The notes under the pieces are model-generated. The model worked only from the letters and a program-made list of their open reading frames with translations. It ran no database searches and had not been told where the DNA came from. From Candidatus Hadarchaeales archaeon (GTDB taxonomy: Archaea; Hadarchaeota; Hadarchaeia; Hadarchaeales; Hadarchaeaceae): DNA of 32,000 bases. The number at the start of each line of letters is the position of its first letter. The first letter of the stretch is position 1. The position numbers and the translations under genes are program-made. The stretch spans positions 90,001-122,000 of the forward strand of contig JAWBCC010000001.1 in NCBI GenBank assembly GCA_038823825.1, read 5' to 3'. Below are positions 8,746 to 17,352 of the stretch, piece by piece.

Positions 8746-9693
8746 TCAAGTGATTAAAAATTTCAGCAAGGCTTTTTGTGCGTGCAACCGATTTTCAGCC
8801 TGGTCAAAAACAACAGATTTTGGCCCATCGATTACTTCTGGATCTACTTCTTCTCCCCTGTGTGCTGGTAAACAGTGCATGAAAATCGCATCAGGTTCTG
8901 CAAATGACATGAGTTCTTCTGTGACTTTGAAACCGGAAAAATCCCTCATTCTTTTCTCTTTTTCTTTCTCTTGCCCCATTGAAACAAAAACGTCAGTGTA
9001 AACGACTTCCGCGCCGATCAAAGCAGTTCTTGGATCATTCAAAATTTCGATTTTACTCCCACTTTTTGAGGCGAATTCTTTGGCTTTCTTTACGATTTCT
9101 ACAGGTGGTTCATAACCTTTTGGTGTAGCCACGCTAATGTTCATTCCAGTCATCCCGCAAGCGATAAGCAATGAATTGCAAACATTGTTTCCATCTCCAA
9201 TCCAGGCGAGCTTAACTCCTTTCAACTTTCCTTTTTTCTCATATATCGTCAAAAGATCCGCAAGCGCCTGACAGGGATGTTCAAGTGGGCTGAGCGCATT
9301 TATGACCGGAACATCGCTATATTTTGCAAACTCAACAAGCGTCTCATGTGCAGATACTCGAGCAATTATTCCATGAACATATCTGCTCAGAGTTTTAGCA
9401 GTGTCGAAGATTGTCTCCCCTCTAGAAAGCTGCATTTCTTGGGTACCAAGAAAAATTACGTTTCCTCCAAGTTCTCGAATTCCAACTTCAAAAGAAACCC
9501 TCGTTCTTGTTGAGGGTTTCTCGAAAATCATAGCAATTGTTTTTCCAGCTAAATCTTTTCTTACTTTCCCTCTTTCGATTTTCATCTTCCTAGCTTCTTT
9601 CAAAAGTTTGAAAAGTTCGGCAGGGCTTATGTCTGACATTACTATGAAGTCTCTCTTCAAGCTTTCATCCCCCGAGAAGCTGATCAAGTGCAT
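8746..9693 (-). CDS. argF: Ornithine carbamoyltransferase
   Basis: FEKPSTRTRVSFE (carbamoyl-phosphate site), LEHPCQALADL, HCLPAHRGEEV and DQAENRLHAQKA. ATG-9693; TTG-9699 is also possible. Confidence 0.93.
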   Translation of the reverse strand: MHLISFSGDESLKRDFIVMSDISPAELFKLLKEARKMKIERGKVRKDLAGKTIAMIFEKPSTRTRVSFEVGIRELGGNVIFLGTQEMQLSRGETIFDTAKTLSRYVHGIIARVSAHETLVEFAKYSDVPVINALSPLEHPCQALADLLTIYEKKGKLKGVKLAWIGDGNNVCNSLLIACGMTGMNISVATPKGYEPPVEIVKKAKEFASKSGSKIEILNDPRTALIGAEVVYTDVFVSMGQEKEKEKRMRDFSGFKVTEELMSFAEPDAIFMHCLPAHRGEEVDPEVIDGPKSVVFDQAENRLHAQKALLKFLIT

Positions 9694-10840
9694 CAACAAG
9701 CTTATCTATATGACTTTTCTCGACTATCAGCGGCGGAACAAATCTTAACACTTTTTCAGCTGTAACATTTATCAAGAATCCCTTTTTCAACATATCGAGC
9801 TGAATTTTCTGTGCGATTTCTTTGGATACCACTTCCATACCTATCATAAGCCCCTTTCCGCGAACTTCAACGATTTGCTTGTAGCTCTCCGCGAGCTCTA
9901 AAAGTCTTTTCATGAAATAATCTCCTGTTTTGGTTACTCTTTCGGGTAATTTCAGCTTTTTCATGGTCTTTATTGTTTCGATTGCGGCTACGCAGGCGAG
10001 CGGATTTCCACCAAAGGTCGATGCATGGTCGCCAGGCATGAACGAGTCCATCACTTCTGCGCGCGCACCCAGAGCACCTATTGGAAAGCCTGAGCCAAGA
10101 GCCTTGGCTATTGTCATCACATCCGGCGAAACCCTCCAATGTTCACATGCAAACCATTTACCGGTTCTGCACATACCGGTTTGTATCTCATCAAGAACAA
10201 GGAGCACATTTCGCTCATCGCATAACTTTCTGAGACCCGGTAAGAAATCATCTGGAGGGACCCTGACACCTCCCTCTCCTTGAATCGGTTCGGTTAGCAC
10301 TGCAGCAACTTGGTCGTTCATTGCTCTTTCAACCGCTTGCAAATCTCCAAAAGGCACGAATTCGAAAACTTTTGGAATTATCGCCTCGTAAGGTTTTCGA
10401 TATTCGATTTTCCAAGTAGCTCCAACTATTAGGGCTGTACGTCCATGAAAGGACCCCTCCATGACGATTATCTTGCTTCTTTTTGTATGTTTTATCGCGA
10501 GTTTTAGGGCTCCTTCATTTGCTTCGGCTCCAGAATTGCAGAAGAAGAATTTTTCTATACCGTTTGGACAGATTTGAGCGAGAAGTCTGGCAAGATTTGC
10601 CTGTTCATGTGTGTAATAGAGGTTAGATGCATGCATTAATTTTCCAAGTTGTTTGCGTAAGACCTTTACCACACTTGTTGGGCAATGACCTAGAGAGCAG
10701 ACTGCGATACCTCCGACGAAGTCGATATATCTTCGTCCTTTCTCGTCGAAGACATACATTCCCTTTCCTTTTGTGAGAATTATCGGTATCTTATTGTAAG
10801 TGTTTGCGACATGTCTAGCATATACCTCCAGCGTTCTCAA
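9665..10840 (-). CDS. argD: Acetylornithine aminotransferase (class-III PLP aminotransferase)
   Basis: LDEIQTGMCRTGKWFA, the PLP-lysine region DVMTIAKALGSGFP, and FCNSGAEANEGALKLA. TTG-10840 lies 2 nt after the argB stop, preceded by GGGGGA. Confidence 0.85.
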   Translation of the reverse strand: MRTLEVYARHVANTYNKIPIILTKGKGMYVFDEKGRRYIDFVGGIAVCSLGHCPTSVVKVLRKQLGKLMHASNLYYTHEQANLARLLAQICPNGIEKFFFCNSGAEANEGALKLAIKHTKRSKIIVMEGSFHGRTALIVGATWKIEYRKPYEAIIPKVFEFVPFGDLQAVERAMNDQVAAVLTEPIQGEGGVRVPPDDFLPGLRKLCDERNVLLVLDEIQTGMCRTGKWFACEHWRVSPDVMTIAKALGSGFPIGALGARAEVMDSFMPGDHASTFGGNPLACVAAIETIKTMKKLKLPERVTKTGDYFMKRLLELAESYKQIVEVRGKGLMIGMEVVSKEIAQKIQLDMLKKGFLINVTAEKVLRFVPPLIVEKSHIDKLVDALDQLLGG

Positions 10841-10842
10841 TA

Positions 10843-11763
10843 TTATCCCCCAACGATCATCGTTCCTACTCCTTTGTCAGTAAGAATTTCGAGTAAGATC
10901 GAATGTTGAATCAGACCACTCAATATGTGGCAGCGTTCGACTCCTCCCTGAATAGCTTTTATGCATGCCTCGAGCTTCGGTATCATTCCTTTCTTTACCA
11001 CACCATCTTTGATGAGTTTTTGCGCTTCCTCAACAGTCAGCACCGAAATGAGAGAAGTTTCATCGTTTGGATTTCTAAGAACGCCAGTTACGTCTGTGAG
11101 AAGAATCAGTTTTTTGGCTTTTAGGCTGATAGCAAGTTCTGCCGCAACAGTATCCGCATTAAGATTTAAGCTTCTCCCTTCGGAATCGACACCGATCGGT
11201 GCTATGACTGGGATTTTTCCTGCTCTGAGCAAGCTGCGTATGAGCTCGGTATCAATTTTTTCAACCTCTCCAACCAGTCCCAAATCTATTTCAATTTCCT
11301 TGCCCTTACTCGTTGTGGTCTTGTATATGAGTTTTTTTGCTTTTATGAGAGCGCCATCCATTCCTGTTATCCCAACGGCTAGACCGATCGGATATTCCTC
11401 TTTTCTTCTCTGCCGAGTTTCAAACCAGATCTTGTTGATTCCCAGGACGATCTGTTTGTTGAGCTTACCTGCCAGTTGTTCATAAAGGATTTCCATCGTT
11501 TGTTCGTCAGTAACCCTGAGTCCCTCGACAAATTTTGGTTTTATCCCCGCTTTGCGCATTTCCTCGCTGATTTCGTGTCCTCCTCCATGAACTAGAACGA
11601 TTTTCATCCCTAGCAGGTGTAGAAGTACAACATCTTGTAGCACATGCTGTAAGAGCTTTTCAGATTCCAAAATCTTTCCGCCAAGTTTTATGATTATTAT
11701 CTCTCCATGAAATTCTTGAATGTAAGGTAGAGCCTCCAGTAAAGCTTGAGCCTTCTCCTGCAT
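10843..11763 (-). CDS. argB: Acetylglutamate kinase (amino-acid kinase family)
   Basis: IIIKLGG, VLVHGGG, GLRVTDEQTMEI and NLNADTVAAELA. Its position in the arg cluster alongside argJ/argC/argD favours ArgB over a LysZ-only role. Confidence 0.85.
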   Translation of the reverse strand: MQEKAQALLEALPYIQEFHGEIIIIKLGGKILESEKLLQHVLQDVVLLHLLGMKIVLVHGGGHEISEEMRKAGIKPKFVEGLRVTDEQTMEILYEQLAGKLNKQIVLGINKIWFETRQRRKEEYPIGLAVGITGMDGALIKAKKLIYKTTTSKGKEIEIDLGLVGEVEKIDTELIRSLLRAGKIPVIAPIGVDSEGRSLNLNADTVAAELAISLKAKKLILLTDVTGVLRNPNDETSLISVLTVEEAQKLIKDGVVKKGMIPKLEACIKAIQGGVERCHILSGLIQHSILLEILTDKGVGTMIVGG

Positions 11764-11784
11764 CCTATAGACATCTTCATCTAC

Positions 11785-11794
11785 ATATTAAAAA
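11785..11794 (-). promoter_or_regulatory. Candidate internal TATA-like promoter in front of argB
   Basis: The sense strand reads TTTTAATATG immediately after the upstream stop. It is centred about 27 nt before ATG-11763, which would give a leaderless argB-argD-argF-regulator transcript. Confidence 0.35.
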
Positions 11795-12970
11795 TCAAGC
11801 TTGATGTCGAATTCCGCATATTTCTCTAATCTTGTTGGCTATTGCATCACCTACTTCTGAGGTTGAAGAAGAACCGCCCAGATCTTTTGTCCTTACTTTT
11901 CCTTCCCTAAGCACTTCTGCAACGGCTTTCTCTAGAACCTCTGCAGCTTTCGTTTCTCCCAGCTGCTCAAGCATTAGGTGTCCAGCAAGTATTGTAGCTA
12001 TTGGGTTAGCCACATTCTTCCCGGCATACTTCGGTGCCGACCCATGGATCGGTTCAAACATACTGATGCCCTCCGGGTTTATGTTTCCTCCTGGTGCGAG
12101 ACCCATTCCTCCCTGGATCATCGCTCCGAGGTCGGTTATGATGTCTCCGAACATATTCGGTGTCACAACAACCTGATACCATTCAGGATTTTTAACAAAC
12201 CACATGCTTATTGCATCGACGAAGGCATGCTCAGTCTCTATGTCGGGATATTCTTTTGCTATTTTTTCAAAAACTTCCCTCCAAAGCGAATATACATGCG
12301 TTAAAACGTTTGCTTTATCTACGTTGGTAACTCTTTTCTTTCCCTTTCTATGTGCGAGTTCGAATGCATATCTGATTACGCGTTCCGCACCTTTTCTGCT
12401 TATTACGCCGATTTGATATGCGATTTCGTCGCCATCAACCTCCAAGTCAAGCCCAAATTTTATCGAATAAATCGAACGTTTGATCTCATGCTCTGTTCTT
12501 CTCTTTTCTCGGATTCTTCCGCCAATTCCAACGTAAAAATCCTCGGTATTTTCTCTCACGATATAGAAGTTCACGTCTTCGGGTTTCTTTCCGACCAGCG
12601 GGCACGGTACCCCCGGATAAAGCTTAACCGGCCGTAGATTGACGAATTGCTCAAAGTAAAAACGTATTTTCAGCAAAATTCCTTGTTCGAGTATGCCGGG
12701 TGGAACTCGCGGATCTCCCAAGGCACCCAAATATATCGCGTCAAATTTCGAGAGTTCTTTCAGACCTTCTTCTGAAATCGTTTCTCCAGTTTTAAGATAA
12801 TGGTCCGCACCATACGGAAAGTAAACGAATTCTAGCTTGACCTCCGGCATACAGTCTTGCAAGGTTTGGAGAACTTTTACTCCTTCACGTATCACTTCTG
12901 GACCTATTCCATCTCCGGGGATTACGGCGATTTTGTATGCCACGGAATCACAATTTTGATGAATATTCAT
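11795..12970 (-). CDS. Beta-decarboxylating dehydrogenase of the isopropylmalate/tartrate dehydrogenase type
   Basis: [57 protein letters not shown] and [18 protein letters not shown]. It resembles the TtuC/LeuB branch rather than IDH. Substrate not assignable from sequence alone. Confidence 0.7.
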   Translation of the reverse strand: MNIHQNCDSVAYKIAVIPGDGIGPEVIREGVKVLQTLQDCMPEVKLEFVYFPYGADHYLKTGETISEEGLKELSKFDAIYLGALGDPRVPPGILEQGILLKIRFYFEQFVNLRPVKLYPGVPCPLVGKKPEDVNFYIVRENTEDFYVGIGGRIREKRRTEHEIKRSIYSIKFGLDLEVDGDEIAYQIGVISRKGAERVIRYAFELAHRKGKKRVTNVDKANVLTHVYSLWREVFEKIAKEYPDIETEHAFVDAISMWFVKNPEWYQVVVTPNMFGDIITDLGAMIQGGMGLAPGGNINPEGISMFEPIHGSAPKYAGKNVANPIATILAGHLMLEQLGETKAAEVLEKAVAEVLREGKVRTKDLGGSSSTSEVGDAIANKIREICGIRHQA

Positions 12971-12983
12971 TAAGATAAAAGCA

Positions 12984-14069
12984 TCACGTTCTTTCCCTGA
13001 TCTCTCTGATTATGGCATCAGTCATTTTTTTGGTTCCTACAGCGGTGGGATCATCTGGTGTAGGCTTTAGGTCATATGTGACATATTTGCCTTCGCTGAT
13101 AACCTTTGCAACGGCATTCCGTATTATATCGGCTTTTTCTTTCTCTCCCAGATGTTCTAGCATCATTGCCGCCGAAAGTATGGCCGCTGTTGGATTCACT
13201 TTGTCTTTTCCGGCGTACTTTGGTGCAGAACCGTGTGTAGGCTCGAAAACCGCATATTTGTCCCCTATATTTGCGCTGGGCGCCATTCCAAGTCCACCGA
13301 TCAATCCTGCACACAAATCGGATAAAATGTCGCCATAAAGGTTCGGCGCAACTATTACATCATAGAGCTGGGGCTTTTGAACAAGTTGCATGCACATGTT
13401 GTCAACTATTCTATCTTCAAACTCTATGTCCGGAAAACCACATGCTATCTCTCTTGCGATAGTCAAGAAAAGTCCATCTGAAAATTTTAGAATATTTGCC
13501 TTGTGAACAGCCGTTACCTTTTTCCTACCGGTTTTCCGAGCATATTCGAAGGCGAATTTCACAATACGCGCCGAGCAAAACCGAGAGATAGTTTTCAGTG
13601 ATATCCCTGAATCTTCTCTTATATCAACTCCAAACTTCTCTTTAAGTGTTCTCAAAAATTCGAGAGCCTCAGCTGTTCCCTCTTGGAATTCTACGCCCGC
13701 GTAGAGGTCTTCAGTGTTTTCTCTAATGACTACCAGATCCACATCTTTGAAGGGAGACCTAACGCCGGGGTAGAGCTTGCACGGTCTCACGCAGGCATAA
13801 AGATCTAAAGCCTTCCTGATCGCAACGTTTACACTCCTAAAGCCTTCGCCCACGGGTGTAGTTATTGGACCTTTAAGCGCAACGCGATTTCTTTTTATTG
13901 ATTCCAAAACTTCATCCGGCAGCGGGGTTCCCATTTTCTCAGCAATCTCAGCTCCCGCATACACGACTTCCCATTCGACGTCCAGTCCAGTTGCCTCAAC
14001 GCACCTTCTGGCAGCGTCAATAACTTCAGGACCTACACCGTCGCCTGGTATGAGGGTAATTCGGTACAT
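12984..14069 (-). CDS. Isocitrate-dehydrogenase-type beta-decarboxylating dehydrogenase
   Basis: The substrate loop [33 protein letters not shown] closely parallels the E. coli ICDH loop [31 protein letters not shown] (recalled), including the Ser and Asn. The clasp-like segment [27 protein letters not shown] matches too. ATG-14069; GTG-14081 is also possible. Confidence 0.75.
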   Translation of the reverse strand: MYRITLIPGDGVGPEVIDAARRCVEATGLDVEWEVVYAGAEIAEKMGTPLPDEVLESIKRNRVALKGPITTPVGEGFRSVNVAIRKALDLYACVRPCKLYPGVRSPFKDVDLVVIRENTEDLYAGVEFQEGTAEALEFLRTLKEKFGVDIREDSGISLKTISRFCSARIVKFAFEYARKTGRKKVTAVHKANILKFSDGLFLTIAREIACGFPDIEFEDRIVDNMCMQLVQKPQLYDVIVAPNLYGDILSDLCAGLIGGLGMAPSANIGDKYAVFEPTHGSAPKYAGKDKVNPTAAILSAAMMLEHLGEKEKADIIRNAVAKVISEGKYVTYDLKPTPDDPTAVGTKKMTDAIIREIRERT

Positions 14070-14077
14070 GTTGGCCT

Positions 14078-15391
14078 TCACTCTACAGGAAAACCGACTT
14101 TGTGTGCAAGCATTCTAAATTCCTCGTCCTTGAGCGGGAACCTACGTCTACCTTCCACGAATTTCTTTCTAATTATCTCCACGAGTTGAGCTAACCTTGG
14201 GTCGTTGTCGTCCACGGTCTGTTTCAGTATCTGTTCAAGCTTGAGTTTTATCCCATGCTTTCCAGATCTTCTTCCTATAACGATTGTTCTCTCTTGACCG
14301 ACAAGTTCAGGCGGGAAAATCTCATACGTCAGTGGCATGATTCTTATGCCATGAAGATGTATACCAGACTCATGTGCAAAGGCGGCATCCCCCACCATGG
14401 CCTTGTTGATCGGTAAATTGAATCCTATTGCGGAAGATAGGAAAAGTGCAAGGTCTCTGAACAATGTGGTGTTCCATTTCTTGATACCATAGTGCATGTA
14501 ACAGTTCATTATTACTTTTTCAGTTTCTGCATTTCCAGATCTTTCTCCCACGCCCAAAAATGTCGTACTGGCATAAATCTTATCATAAATGCCCGACGCG
14601 GCTCTTATGGCAGCCATTGTATTCTCGACAGCATTTCCAAGGTCATCGTGTGCGTGAATTTCGACATACTTTATTTTCGTTTCTTCCTTGATTTTTCTGA
14701 TCTTTGCCGGTATACCTTGAGGTAGCGGTGCTTCCGGGTCGGAAAATCCACATCCTACAGTATCGCAGATTCTATATACCATAGCCCCAGCATCCGCTAC
14801 AGCGTTTATGAAGATTTTTTCGAATTCCCAATCTGCTCGTGTGCTATCTTCACCATGTACAAAAATTGTTAGTCCATGGTCGTGCGCATACTCGACCGCC
14901 TTTACAACTCTCTCAACTAGAGTTGCTAGCGGTGTTTCCGACCACTTCTCGAAGTGCAAGTATGAAACCGGATGTGAAATTCCAATCTGTTTTAAATCCA
15001 TTTTTAGGGCAATGTCGATATCCGCAGGATCAGCTCGACACCATCCAGCGAGCATATCTCCGAGTCCCTCGTCTTTCATGAGTTTAATCCCCTCTTGATC
15101 CGGCTTGTTATACATCATCACCTCTATTCTTTCCACACCGATGTCTCTAAGCATGCACGCGATCCGGCAAGCGTCAGCTGGATGCGGGCTAAGAAGACCA
15201 GCCATCTGAACTCCCTCACGCAAAGTGGAATCATCTATTATGACATCAGTTTTGAGCGGAAGCGTTGTGTAAATCTCTTCTTTTATTTTTCCCCATGCCT
15301 TAAGGTTGAACTCTAACGAGGAAAGTCCCTTTACTTTATTCACAATCTCTCTTCTCTTTTTCTCGAGCAGTTCGAAATCCAAGTTTTTCAT
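14078..15391 (-). CDS. Acyl-CoA:2-oxoacid condensing enzyme of the homocitrate/isopropylmalate/citramalate/Re-citrate synthase (DRE-TIM) family
   Basis: [12 protein letters not shown] (STLREG as in the homocitrate-synthase clade), the metal HxH motif in [15 protein letters not shown], and [11 protein letters not shown]. No LeuA-type C-terminal regulatory domain (437 aa). Confidence 0.8.
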   Translation of the reverse strand: MKNLDFELLEKKRREIVNKVKGLSSLEFNLKAWGKIKEEIYTTLPLKTDVIIDDSTLREGVQMAGLLSPHPADACRIACMLRDIGVERIEVMMYNKPDQEGIKLMKDEGLGDMLAGWCRADPADIDIALKMDLKQIGISHPVSYLHFEKWSETPLATLVERVVKAVEYAHDHGLTIFVHGEDSTRADWEFEKIFINAVADAGAMVYRICDTVGCGFSDPEAPLPQGIPAKIRKIKEETKIKYVEIHAHDDLGNAVENTMAAIRAASGIYDKIYASTTFLGVGERSGNAETEKVIMNCYMHYGIKKWNTTLFRDLALFLSSAIGFNLPINKAMVGDAAFAHESGIHLHGIRIMPLTYEIFPPELVGQERTIVIGRRSGKHGIKLKLEQILKQTVDDNDPRLAQLVEIIRKKFVEGRRRFPLKDEEFRMLAHKVGFPVE

Positions 15392-15404
15392 TTCTTGATC
15401 CCCC

Positions 15405-15890
15405 TTACTTTTTCAGAGTTTTCTTTAAATAATTTATCAAGCCACCCTCTTTAAGGATTTCCAACACTAAGTTGGGGAGTGGTTGTACTTTCAGCACTTT
15501 ATTCGTTCTCAGATTTTTGATCCATCCTTCGCTCATGTTTATTTCTACTTCGTCTCCGTTTTGGAACTCATTTTTGATACCTGGAGACGTAAGAACAGGA
15601 AGGCCCTGATTGATCGCATTTCTATAAAATATTCTGGCAAAAGATTCCGCCACAACCGCTGAGACGCCGGCCGCCTTCAGCGCAATCGGTGCCTGCTCTC
15701 TACTTGATCCACATCCGAAGTTTTTACCTGCGATTATCACATCTCCCGGCTTAACTCTTTTCGAAAAATCAGGGTCTATGTTTTCCATAGCGTGTTTTCC
15801 CCACTCAGTCCAGTCGTGCTTGGCGAGATATCTCCCCGCGATTATATCGTCCGTACTTATGTGATCTCCATAGACCCATGCTCTAGGCAT
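15405..15890 (-). CDS. Aconitase-family hydro-lyase small subunit (LeuD/HacB-like)
   Basis: 161 aa with GKNFGCGSSREQAP and DHISTDDIIAGRYL. The start overlaps the large-subunit stop by 8 nt. Confidence 0.85.
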   Translation of the reverse strand: MPRAWVYGDHISTDDIIAGRYLAKHDWTEWGKHAMENIDPDFSKRVKPGDVIIAGKNFGCGSSREQAPIALKAAGVSAVVAESFARIFYRNAINQGLPVLTSPGIKNEFQNGDEVEINMSEGWIKNLRTNKVLKVQPLPNLVLEILKEGGLINYLKKTLKK

Positions 15891-17145
15891 AGAAATCCCT
15901 CGGGTCGGTTATTTTACCGGTTATTGCAGAAGCAGCAACTGTCGCCGGTGATGCCAAATACACTTTTGAATCTGGACTGCCTTGCCTCCCTTTGAAGTTT
16001 CTGTTTGACGCCGATATGCTTACCTCCCCCGGACCTAAAACACCTATGTGACATCCCATGCATGCTCCGCATCCCGGTGACTCGACAAGAGCACCGGCGT
16101 TTACCAAGATTTTCAAGATACCGGAATCAAGAGCTTCACGATAAACTTCTGCTGAAGCCGGTACTACTATAAGTCTAACTTTTTTGCTGACTTTTTTACC
16201 CTTGAGAATCTTAGCAGCGATTTTTAAATCTTCCAATCTTCCGTTTGTGCATGTTCCTATGAAGGCTTGGTCTATTTCTTCTCCTTCTACTTCGCGAACA
16301 CTTTTGATGTTGTCTACAGAGTGTGGACAGGCAACTTGAGGTTCCAGTTTGTTTGCATCGTACTCTTTCGTTGTTTTGTACTCAGCGTCAGCGTCGCTCT
16401 TTATTATCTCGAATTTTTCTTTGGCTCTACCTTTGAGCCATTGCAGGGTCTTCGCATCGGGTTCAATTATTCCGTTTTTTGCTCCCATCTCAACAACCAT
16501 ATTACACAACGTTAGCCTGCCATCTATACTCATTTTCGATATGCATTCACCGGTGAACTCTACCGCCTGGTATGTGGCACCATCCATCCCAAAATCTCCA
16601 ATTATGTGTAGAATCAGGTCTTTCGACATCACTGGTGGTTTTAGAACTCCGCGAGCAATGATCTTTATTGATTCCGGTACCTTGAACCAAAGTCTTCCTG
16701 TTGCCAAAATTGCAGCCATGTCGGTAGACCCTACTCCAGTCGCGAAACATCCCAGCGCACCATACGTTACAGTGTGGGAATCTGCTCCAATCACAACTTT
16801 CCCGGGTAAGGCAAAACCCTTCTCAGGTAACACTTGATGACAAATCCCTTCAAACATGTCATAGAAATGGACGATCTTATGCTTGTTGGCGAATTCTCTG
16901 AGGAGTATATGGTTCTTTGCGGCATCTATTGAGCTAGCAGGAGTCTGATGATCAAAGGTTATCACGATTCTGGATGGATCCCACACTTTTTTTACTCCGA
17001 TTTTTTCGAAGCTTTCAACGGTGAGAGGACCCGTGAGGTCGTGCATCATCGCAAAATCTACCTTTGCATCAATGATTTCTCCAGGTGTCACTTCTTTCTT
17101 GCCAGCCGCTTTCGCAAGTATCTTCTCAGTAATTGTCATTGCCAT
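15883..17145 (-). CDS. Aconitase-family hydro-lyase large subunit (LeuC/HacA-like)
   Basis: 420 aa with MHDLTGP, IGADSHT, and the Fe-S Cys ligands in IGTCTNGR and PGCGACMGCH. Confidence 0.88.
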   Translation of the reverse strand: MAMTITEKILAKAAGKKEVTPGEIIDAKVDFAMMHDLTGPLTVESFEKIGVKKVWDPSRIVITFDHQTPASSIDAAKNHILLREFANKHKIVHFYDMFEGICHQVLPEKGFALPGKVVIGADSHTVTYGALGCFATGVGSTDMAAILATGRLWFKVPESIKIIARGVLKPPVMSKDLILHIIGDFGMDGATYQAVEFTGECISKMSIDGRLTLCNMVVEMGAKNGIIEPDAKTLQWLKGRAKEKFEIIKSDADAEYKTTKEYDANKLEPQVACPHSVDNIKSVREVEGEEIDQAFIGTCTNGRLEDLKIAAKILKGKKVSKKVRLIVVPASAEVYREALDSGILKILVNAGALVESPGCGACMGCHIGVLGPGEVSISASNRNFKGRQGSPDSKVYLASPATVAASAITGKITDPRDFYA

Positions 17146-17173
17146 GTTTGTCCTATTTTTTTACGCCCGGATC

Positions 17174-17183
17174 AATATATAAG
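17174..17183 (-). promoter_or_regulatory. Candidate TATA box for the LeuC-like...argF operon
   Basis: The sense strand reads CTTATATATT, centred about 33 nt upstream of ATG-17145 and preceded by an A-rich BRE-like stretch. The TATATA core is palindromic and could also fire towards the + strand. Confidence 0.5.
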
Positions 17184-17310
17184 AGTTTTCTAAACCGTCA
17201 AAAAGGAAAAAAGAACTGCTATCGAATTTCATTTGATGCCACGGAGAAAGTACGGGCGCATGATTAAACCACTTCCGCAGCCGCCACCTCCGGAGAAGTG
17301 CAGATTCTGC

Positions 17311-17349
17311 AAAAAAGGCATAAACTGTCCATATCACGGACAAAAAAGA
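17311..17349 (-). terminator. Candidate oligo-T terminator region after dapB
   Basis: Two T6 tracts on the sense strand (complement of 17342-17347 and 17311-17316), with a small hairpin GTCC-GTGATAT-GGAC between them. Oligo-T tracts are the usual archaeal termination signal. Confidence 0.4.
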
Positions 17350-17352
17350 TCT

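Noticed and set aside
8746-17145. A LysW-carrier-protein (alpha-aminoadipate) lysine/arginine pathway, as in the Sulfolobus/Thermococcus clusters.
   Set aside because: No lysW (small Zn-ribbon with an acidic EDWGE tail) or lysX (ATP-grasp) gene is in the window. argJ is present, indicating N-acetyl chemistry, and a DAP-route operon lies next door. It cannot be excluded genome-wide, so it is kept only as an alternative under the cluster finding.
17161-17343. The 60-aa minus-strand ORF in the dapB/LeuC-like spacer.
   Set aside because: It spans the predicted terminator and promoter elements, has no SD, and its translation has no motifs. It is likely spurious. The + strand 35-codon ORF is reported separately as a low-confidence observation.
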